Below are positions 23,018 to 28,839 of a stretch of DNA of 28,839 bases, piece after piece. Within the stretch, counting starts at the first letter, position 1. Every line of letters starts with the position of its first letter. The DNA lies in IMG/VR virus record IMGVR_UViG_3300002133_000084; one strand, written 5' to 3'. The DNA is from an uncultured virus (IMG/VR IMGVR_UViG_3300002133_000084). Taxonomy: Duplodnaviria; Heunggongvirae; Uroviricota; Caudoviricetes. A model generated the notes under the pieces. That model saw only the letters and a list, made by a program, of their open reading frames with translations, did not search any database and was not told the origin of the DNA. Both the position numbers and the translations under genes were made by a program.

Positions 23018-24504
23018 ACGAGCAATTCAAAAGATTCGTAATAAAAGAATCAAAGTCGGTAGCGAAGACGGTGGGTAAAGCGGCGGCAGCCGCCACTATC
23101 ACATGGGCCCTGCGCAAGATGGTTACTAAAACCCCATTGCGGCATGTGGCTGACAATGAGCTGGGTAGAGATGCCGTCAACATTGCAACCAGTAAAGTAG
23201 TCGATGGGCTGATGTCTGATAGGCAGAAGTGGGATGCGCGCGATAGATCAGATCAATATATCGCCAAGGAAAGATGGCTCGCCACTGAGAATGATGATGT
23301 CTTTGATGACGCCAGGGAATTCTCCCCCCAGATGATCCCAATGGTTCAAGTCATGTTCGATAGATTCGTCAAAGAGTTCATCAAAGTTAAATCCGAAAGC
23401 AATTGGTTGGCAGGCAAGCCCGCCGATATAGAATATTGCCTCGTTGGAGTGGGCGGCGGCGAGGTGGATCGCGTGCGCAAGGAAGGCAGTGTGTATGGCT
23501 ACTACAAGGGGCGCAGAGTTGTCATTTCCATGGAATTCAATGGACTTAATGGCCGGTGGGGAACTCTCGTCATCGCCTCAGACTCCAGCCCGGACAATGT
23601 CAATGAGCTGATGAATGATTTTATGGACTACATGTCCAGCAATAATTACCTCAAGGGGCAGCAGGTTGGAATTGATGGTAAGATAATTGAAAATGGCAAT
23701 GAGGTTAAGTGGGAAGATGTCATTTTGCCTGACAGCCTGAAGGGTGACATCTATAGCAATACAGTTGGATTCATCAACAACATCGATAAGATGAAGGATT
23801 ATGGCATCCGCCCAACCAGGGGACTGTTATGGGAGGGAAGCCCGGGTGTCGGTAAAACGATGTCATCGCTGGCCATTGCCAATGAGCTGAGGGGCAAAGC
23901 CACCTTCATATCAGTATCCTCTGCGTCATTGGTGGAGCCGGAGCATTTGGATATGTATTTCAAGATGGCTAGATGGATGGCGCCCACCGTTTTGATGTTC
24001 GACGATATACATCATATGGATGAGGATATACAGTCCTGCATGTTATATCAGATGGATGGGGGCAATAACAATGATGGCCTAGTGATCATTGGGACGGCAA
24101 ACGATATCAGCGGGATGGATAAAGCACTATCTAATCGTCCTAATCGCTTTGATGTGGTGATGAGGTTCCCCGATCCCGATCTGGAAACCCGTAAAACCTT
24201 TCTCTGCTCCTTGCTGTCGTTTATTGACAGTGATGACAAGCGCATAGAGATCGTCAATGACGTGGCAAATAGAACAAATGGGCTGTCTATGGTGCACCTA
24301 GAAGAGATCGTTCGCCGTGCGCGCATCAATGAGATTGTCATTGGGAATGATTATGTGGGCTACGACTCGATTCTTTCCGCCTGTGATGAGGTGGTGGTAT
24401 CGTACGAGAGTCTCAATAAGTTATACGATCAACAAACGGAACATACCCGTAATAGGGGCATGAATGTCCATCGGCCACTATTAACAAGAGCCATAGGGGT
24501 TTAG
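23014..24504 (+). CDS. AAA+ ATPase (classical clade) with N-terminal extension
   Basis: WEDVIL, RGLLWEGSPGVGKT Walker A, VLMFDDI Walker B, IIGTAN...DKAL.NRPNRFD second region of homology. Confidence 0.9.
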   Translation: MNEQFKRFVIKESKSVAKTVGKAAAAATITWALRKMVTKTPLRHVADNELGRDAVNIATSKVVDGLMSDRQKWDARDRSDQYIAKERWLATENDDVFDDAREFSPQMIPMVQVMFDRFVKEFIKVKSESNWLAGKPADIEYCLVGVGGGEVDRVRKEGSVYGYYKGRRVVISMEFNGLNGRWGTLVIASDSSPDNVNELMNDFMDYMSSNNYLKGQQVGIDGKIIENGNEVKWEDVILPDSLKGDIYSNTVGFINNIDKMKDYGIRPTRGLLWEGSPGVGKTMSSLAIANELRGKATFISVSSASLVEPEHLDMYFKMARWMAPTVLMFDDIHHMDEDIQSCMLYQMDGGNNNDGLVIIGTANDISGMDKALSNRPNRFDVVMRFPDPDLETRKTFLCSLLSFIDSDDKRIEIVNDVANRTNGLSMVHLEEIVRRARINEIVIGNDYVGYDSILSACDEVVVSYESLNKLYDQQTEHTRNRGMNVHRPLLTRAIGV

Positions 24505-24505
24505 G

Positions 24506-24700
24506 GTGATTTTAAGAAAGATACAATCTATGCAATACCCATGGAAAATAGACAACTCGAACCTTCATCCTGTCACAATTGTACGTCAATATGTCACAGC
24601 CGTTAAATTGGCCATCCGTAAATTGAAGTGCAGCAACGTGTTAGCGGTGATACTCCTACTTGGTACCATTTATACTTGGGCCACTCGAAAGGATAAATAA
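24506..24700 (+). CDS. Small hypothetical protein with C-terminal hydrophobic helix
   Basis: Fills the gap exactly; VLAVILLLGTIYTW. Confidence 0.4.
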   Translation: MILRKIQSMQYPWKIDNSNLHPVTIVRQYVTAVKLAIRKLKCSNVLAVILLLGTIYTWATRKDK

Positions 24701-24879
24701 TGGGCGTTAAATACACAGTCGACGAGTCTAATTTAGAGAAGACGGCAGCCGAAGAAGATCGCATTAAGGATGACGAGGAGCTTGAAGAGCAGCTTGAGAA
24801 GTCTGCCAAGAAGAGCAGCGTCACCGTGACGGGCGCACTGTTCCCCGTGGGGGTGAGCTTGGGCGTAGATAGAAAATGA
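24700..24879 (+). CDS. Small acidic protein (59 aa, missing from the ORF track)
   Basis: MGVKYTVDESNLEKTAAEEDRIKDDEELEEQLEKSAKK...; AAGGA RBS; ATGA overlap with the spike gene. Confidence 0.6.
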   Translation: MGVKYTVDESNLEKTAAEEDRIKDDEELEEQLEKSAKKSSVTVTGALFPVGVSLGVDRK

Positions 24880-26357
24880 AATCGCTGTCCAAGAACCAAG
24901 CGGCGCCACATTCTGATTCACAGGGATCTCCCGTCCGCGTAGAGGGGTGCACAGTAATCTCCGTCCAGAATAAGCGTTGGACTGTGTCCGTTATGCCCGA
25001 TGCGCGCGATAAGGCAATCACCAATGTGCCCGTCTCATCACTCTATGAAAACCCAGATGGCTCTGGTGTATACTTCCTGCCAGATGTTGGAGCGCATGGA
25101 TACCTGATGTATGTAGGTAAGGGCTCTCCGATATTCTTCATGGGTAGCGTGGACACAATAGGGGAGATTGGATACAGGGGTAATAAGAGAGACTTACGCG
25201 CCGGCGACATTGCACTAGTATCGTCGTCTGGATCTCGATTAATTATGCGCAAGGGTGGAGTCATTGAATTAGTCTCCACCTCTCAGCTATTCCAGCAGAT
25301 GCTCCCATCTACCGACAAGCTGTTCACTCGAGCTGAGAACGAAGAGAAGCAGCTGATGGGGTTCACGCATATATGGGCACATAATCGAGATGATGGCATA
25401 GTTATCGGCAGTCAAAAGTTCAAGGACAATCTTGGCGATCCGTACAAGCTCTATATATCTGAGGGCTATCACGAAGATGGCGATCTACTCAATATCCTCT
25501 ACACCGATCCCACTGTGGAAGCTCTTACCTACACTGGGCATGAGGAGACTCGCAAGGTTTTTATCCAAATAGGAGACTTGGGCAGGGGAACCGGCCGTCG
25601 ATTTAAGATGGATATCGATGATGGCATGTTCGTCCAGTCTATAGGCGAGAAGACGGATGGCACGGTATTGCGCCAGGAGATTACCGATCATAAGGATAGG
25701 GACTGGCGCGAGACTACTGACATTGGATTGCAGGCGGATGGGGTTGTTCTGTCTAGAGTCACGGAGGTGGATGATGATTGGACAAAGACAGAGAAGCTCG
25801 GCCTGCAGACTTCTGGGGTGGTGCACTCGGAGGTTGTCGAGAAGAAGACATCTGATTGGACGATAACGCGCGAACTGGGCCGGCAGTCCGGTGGTGAGAT
25901 ATTCCACGAAAAGATAGAGTCCATATCTGGCAGTAATGTAGTAGAGACTAAGATTGGTGATATGGCGGCCGGCGTCTTAGAGATGCTGCTTAATACAGAT
26001 AAGTTCGCCCTTACCATAAAAGATGATGGCCAGTTGGACATGTCCATCAATGCAGGCGCGCTAACCATTCAGATCGATGCCGCGGGTAATATGACAATGA
26101 GTGCGGATGGGAATGTAGAAGCTACAGTGACTGGGCACACCCATTTGACGTGCTCGGATATTAAACTGGGCAGTGGCAGCAGTGGACAGCAATTGGTATT
26201 GGGAAACCTATGGATGGCGCATTACAATGCATTCATTGCAGTATTTAATGCACACCAGCATGTAGGTAACATGGGCGCTCCAACTGGCCCACCATTAACG
26301 CCGGGCACAAATATGACAACGGCTCAATTAAGCGATAAGTCGAGGACGGAGAAGTGA
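24876..26357 (+). CDS. Baseplate spike/hub protein (gpV / gp5 / gp138-like)
   Basis: N-terminal OB-fold pattern (VISV...WTVSV...NVPV...GSGVYFLPDVG), beta-repeat shaft, C-terminal FNAHQHVG..GAPTGPP HxH apex. Confidence 0.8.
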   Translation: MKSLSKNQAAPHSDSQGSPVRVEGCTVISVQNKRWTVSVMPDARDKAITNVPVSSLYENPDGSGVYFLPDVGAHGYLMYVGKGSPIFFMGSVDTIGEIGYRGNKRDLRAGDIALVSSSGSRLIMRKGGVIELVSTSQLFQQMLPSTDKLFTRAENEEKQLMGFTHIWAHNRDDGIVIGSQKFKDNLGDPYKLYISEGYHEDGDLLNILYTDPTVEALTYTGHEETRKVFIQIGDLGRGTGRRFKMDIDDGMFVQSIGEKTDGTVLRQEITDHKDRDWRETTDIGLQADGVVLSRVTEVDDDWTKTEKLGLQTSGVVHSEVVEKKTSDWTITRELGRQSGGEIFHEKIESISGSNVVETKIGDMAAGVLEMLLNTDKFALTIKDDGQLDMSINAGALTIQIDAAGNMTMSADGNVEATVTGHTHLTCSDIKLGSGSSGQQLVLGNLWMAHYNAFIAVFNAHQHVGNMGAPTGPPLTPGTNMTTAQLSDKSRTEK

Positions 26358-26438
26358 GAATGTTTGATTGGAGAAGATTAGTCGAGATAATGGATCGCAC
26401 CAATGATAAAATACTTGAAGATATGAGATAGGAGTCTT

Positions 26439-26466
26439 ATTCAGTTAAAACCTCCAAAAGCGAGGA
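26439..26466 (+). repeat. 28-bp direct repeat, copy 1
   Basis: ATTCAGTTAAAACCTCCAAAAGCGAGGA; 27/28 identical to 27089-27116. Confidence 0.9.
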
Positions 26467-26480
26467 CGGAGAAATAATAT

Positions 26481-27089
26481 ATGAATGCTGAAATGTTTTA
26501 TGGCGGGATAAGAAAGATTGCAAGTACTCGCGTTATAAATGGGCCTGAGGCGATGCATGTAACGCGCGAATACCTGGGGTTTACGCCAGGGAATAAGGAT
26601 CCTAGTAAAAAATACACCAAGCCTGGATTCTTTTCAATGCAGGGGCAATTTACTAGGGGAACAGTAAATGATGTTATAAGATCCAGACGCCTAGGGAAAC
26701 CTAAGTCGGAGAGATTGGATTACGTTACCAGTAAGCTCAGCAGAAGAGCTGACTACAATGTTCATCCAGCCACCCAGGTTGCTGGATTTGGTGCAACTGG
26801 CGCACTTATATCTGGCGCTGGTGGCAAGTTTACTGGCAAGGGTGCCCTAATTGGCGCCGGGATTGGCGCACTTGCCGGAGCTGGTAATCATGAGTTGTGG
26901 AAGGGGCATCAGGAGCGCGCGAAGAACCTGATCACTGCAGGGGGGAAAACGGAAGACACTGGATACAGGAGGCGCTTAGTGTCGGCCTTAATTATGAAGG
27001 GCTTAGACTTCACTGCGTCGGGTGGGAAGATTGAGCCTACCCCCACTATGACGGCTGCAAACAGTAAGGGTGATAGGATAATAATATAA
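26481..27089 (+). CDS. Basic glycine-zipper protein, candidate ejected virion protein
   Basis: MFYGGIRKIA N-terminal motif; GALISG..GKGALIGAGIGALAGAG glycine zipper; no Cys; GGAG RBS. Confidence 0.75.
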   Translation: MNAEMFYGGIRKIASTRVINGPEAMHVTREYLGFTPGNKDPSKKYTKPGFFSMQGQFTRGTVNDVIRSRRLGKPKSERLDYVTSKLSRRADYNVHPATQVAGFGATGALISGAGGKFTGKGALIGAGIGALAGAGNHELWKGHQERAKNLITAGGKTEDTGYRRRLVSALIMKGLDFTASGGKIEPTPTMTAANSKGDRIII

Positions 27090-27116
27090 TTCAGTTAAAA
27101 CCGCCAAAAGCGAGGA
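27089..27116 (+). repeat. 28-bp direct repeat, copy 2
   Basis: ATTCAGTTAAAACCGCCAAAAGCGAGGA. Confidence 0.9.
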
Positions 27117-27143
27117 ACGACACCTATGACATAGGCGGTTACA

Positions 27144-27503
27144 ATGGAGCCCATACCAAGCTCTGCAGCAATTGAACAGTTTCTCGGAGCTAACATGTGG
27201 ATCATTATTGGCTTGTTCGTTGCCAATCTATTCAGAAGTACGCTCGACAGTGCCATAGCCGGCCTTATGGTGTTTATGGGCAACGATTACAATGAGGACG
27301 ATCGGGTATTCATTGACGGCAAGCCCGGATGCATTGTTCGAGTAAACCTCTGGAAGACTACGTTTTATATGTATGACGTAGACGAGGATGGGGTTGTAAC
27401 TAGTGGCCGTAAAATGTCCATCGACAATACAGAGCTCAAGTCGGTAAGAATTTCTAAGCCGTTGGGCAAACTAGACTTAACGCCACATAATTGGGAAAAA
27501 TGA
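27144..27503 (+). CDS. Minimal MscS-like membrane protein
   Basis: TM helix, then AIAGLMVFMGNDYNEDDRVFIDGKPGCIVRVNLWKTTF matching the MscS TM3/beta-domain pattern. Confidence 0.65.
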   Translation: MEPIPSSAAIEQFLGANMWIIIGLFVANLFRSTLDSAIAGLMVFMGNDYNEDDRVFIDGKPGCIVRVNLWKTTFYMYDVDEDGVVTSGRKMSIDNTELKSVRISKPLGKLDLTPHNWEK

Positions 27504-27691
27504 AACACAAAGTAACCATCACGGAGACGGATGAGGGATATATACTGGAGGCTGAGGGTAAAACAGAGCACCATCTATTGTTCAATACTCTGCAGCACGG
27601 AAATAAAGATCTAACCTTTGGCATTGTTTTATTGGGGGTTAGGCAGATCATGGCGCCCAATTCTCCAGTGGATGTGGTTATACCAGAATGA
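27500..27691 (+). CDS. Hypothetical protein
   Basis: ATGA overlap at 27500; HKVTITETDEGYILE. Confidence 0.6.
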   Translation: MKHKVTITETDEGYILEAEGKTEHHLLFNTLQHGNKDLTFGIVLLGVRQIMAPNSPVDVVIPE

Positions 27692-27856
27692 CAAATTTAA
27701 TGGCTGATAATTGTTATCCTGTGGCCATTATGACAATTTTTTAGCCCATAAATTGCCATGGTGCATTTTTGTGTACCAGTATACCTTGGAATACTAGGGT
27801 AGTATACCTACGTATACCCTAACTATATATAACTAATAAGATAATAATTATATATC

Positions 27857-27872
27857 AATGTCTCTTTTGGTT
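27857..27872 (+). promoter_or_regulatory. Operator-like 16-mer (copy 3), with a degenerate copy at 27888-27903
   Basis: AATGTCTCTTTTGGTT exact; AATGTCTCTATGGGTG (13/16) overlaps the -35. Confidence 0.65.
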
Positions 27873-27901
27873 GTCTTTCTGTAAAAAAATGTCTCTATGG
27901 G

Positions 27902-27930
27902 TGGACAATATACTTCTTATGTACTATAAT
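27902..27930 (+). promoter_or_regulatory. Sigma70-like promoter, ATGTAC-TATA class
   Basis: TGGACA-17 nt-TATAAT with ATGTAC upstream of the -10; GAGGGAG RBS downstream. Confidence 0.75.
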
Positions 27931-27971
27931 GTTACTAGTTGGCAATAATTGATAACTGAGGGAGACGTCAA

Positions 27972-28322
27972 TTGTCCGAACGCAGCAAAGACATACGATT
28001 CCATGTAGCGCGCGTAACCAAGAGCGCAGACTCATCGCGTGTGTTTGTCGTTGCAGATCGCGACAATGTTTGGTTTGAGCGATCCACCCGTAAAGAGGCC
28101 ATTGAGATCGCCGCTAAAGTGAACACGCTCAATAGGGAATTGAATGAATTGCGGGAGCTGAAGACGCACCTAGTAGCTAGAGCGCTAACTGGGAATGAGC
28201 ACCTTGATAGACGAATAGATTATATCGCCAACGAATCCAGTGAGTTCTATGGGCCGGCATATGATCCATCTGACGCCTGGGGTTATGATGAGGATGTTAT
28301 ATCCCTGTTTAGTAACAGTTAA
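27972..28322 (+). CDS. Hypothetical protein, paralogue 1 of a tandem family
   Basis: TTG start with GAGGGAG RBS; VWFERSTRKEAIEIAAKVN motif. Confidence 0.7.
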   Translation: MSERSKDIRFHVARVTKSADSSRVFVVADRDNVWFERSTRKEAIEIAAKVNTLNRELNELRELKTHLVARALTGNEHLDRRIDYIANESSEFYGPAYDPSDAWGYDEDVISLFSNS

Positions 28323-28648
28323 TGGCTCCCTCTGATTACATCCCAACGGAGGCATTCTATAAAGTTGAAGCCATTCCAAAGAAATTAGCACTAATAACTA
28401 AGATATCCCAAGATTCTGATGAATACTCAGTGTCTGTTATGGGCAAGATTTGGGCTAAGCGATCAAGTGTTGAGAGTGCGAAAGATCTTGCATTGGCCAT
28501 CGATCTCGAGCTCTCTAAAATGCAGGATACCTATAGAGAGATATACGAAGATGTTAAAGACTTTCAATCTTTGGCTGGCGATTTTATGAGGGCCAAATTG
28601 AGAGAACAGAGTTTTATGGATGCCATTATATCGCCGGAGCCGGTATGA
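28322..28648 (+). CDS. Hypothetical protein, paralogue 2
   Basis: IWAKRSSVESAKDLALAIDLE; TAATG coupling. Confidence 0.7.
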   Translation: MAPSDYIPTEAFYKVEAIPKKLALITKISQDSDEYSVSVMGKIWAKRSSVESAKDLALAIDLELSKMQDTYREIYEDVKDFQSLAGDFMRAKLREQSFMDAIISPEPV

Positions 28649-28839
28649 CAGATACAGTAGGAACCTTCCGAAATCGCGATGCGATCCGCGTATTTAATGT
28701 ATCCAAGAAGGATGGCAAATACCGAGTCGTTCGCTCTGACTTCCTAGTGGATGAGGTGTGGGCTGAAAGGGACAACGAGGGGGATGCCAACGACTTGGCT
28801 AGTGCGCTCAACTTGGAGATGGATCGACTCATGTCCAGG
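28645..28839 (+). CDS. Hypothetical protein, paralogue 3 (runs off the window)
   Basis: MTDTVGTFRNRDAIRVFNVSK...VWAERDNEGDANDLASALNLE; ATGA overlap; frame open to the window end. Confidence 0.7.
   Translation, partial: MTDTVGTFRNRDAIRVFNVSKKDGKYRVVRSDFLVDEVWAERDNEGDANDLASALNLEMDRLMSR

Overview
This window is most likely a fragment of a large, uncultivated-type tailed (myovirus-like) phage genome. A short minus-strand cluster of small accessory genes (1-3488) diverges from a long plus-strand region. That region encodes a multi-subunit (double-psi beta-barrel) RNA polymerase in two pieces 8.3 kb apart, two sigma70-family factors, a dNMP kinase, a RusA resolvase, a PD-(D/E)XK nuclease, a 2H phosphoesterase (T4 57B/Acb1-like), an AAA+ ATPase, a gpV/gp5-like baseplate spike, two tRNAs and about 1 kb of highly structured non-coding RNA. 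The main observations are: (1) The RNAP break is not at the beta/beta-prime boundary; ORF 3743-7009 is beta fused to the N-terminus of beta-prime, and ORF 15337-18156 is the rest of beta-prime. (2) Both halves (2027 aa) contain no cysteine and both zinc sites are gone, as expected of a virion-packaged, injected polymerase. (3) Several scattered cysteine-free proteins share an N-terminal F-x-x-G-[MI]-x-K-[IV]-A motif, a candidate packaging or maturation signal. (4) A perfect 16-bp operator-like motif sits beside each of three promoters that share ATGTACTATA. All family assignments were made by eye from motifs; no database search was run.
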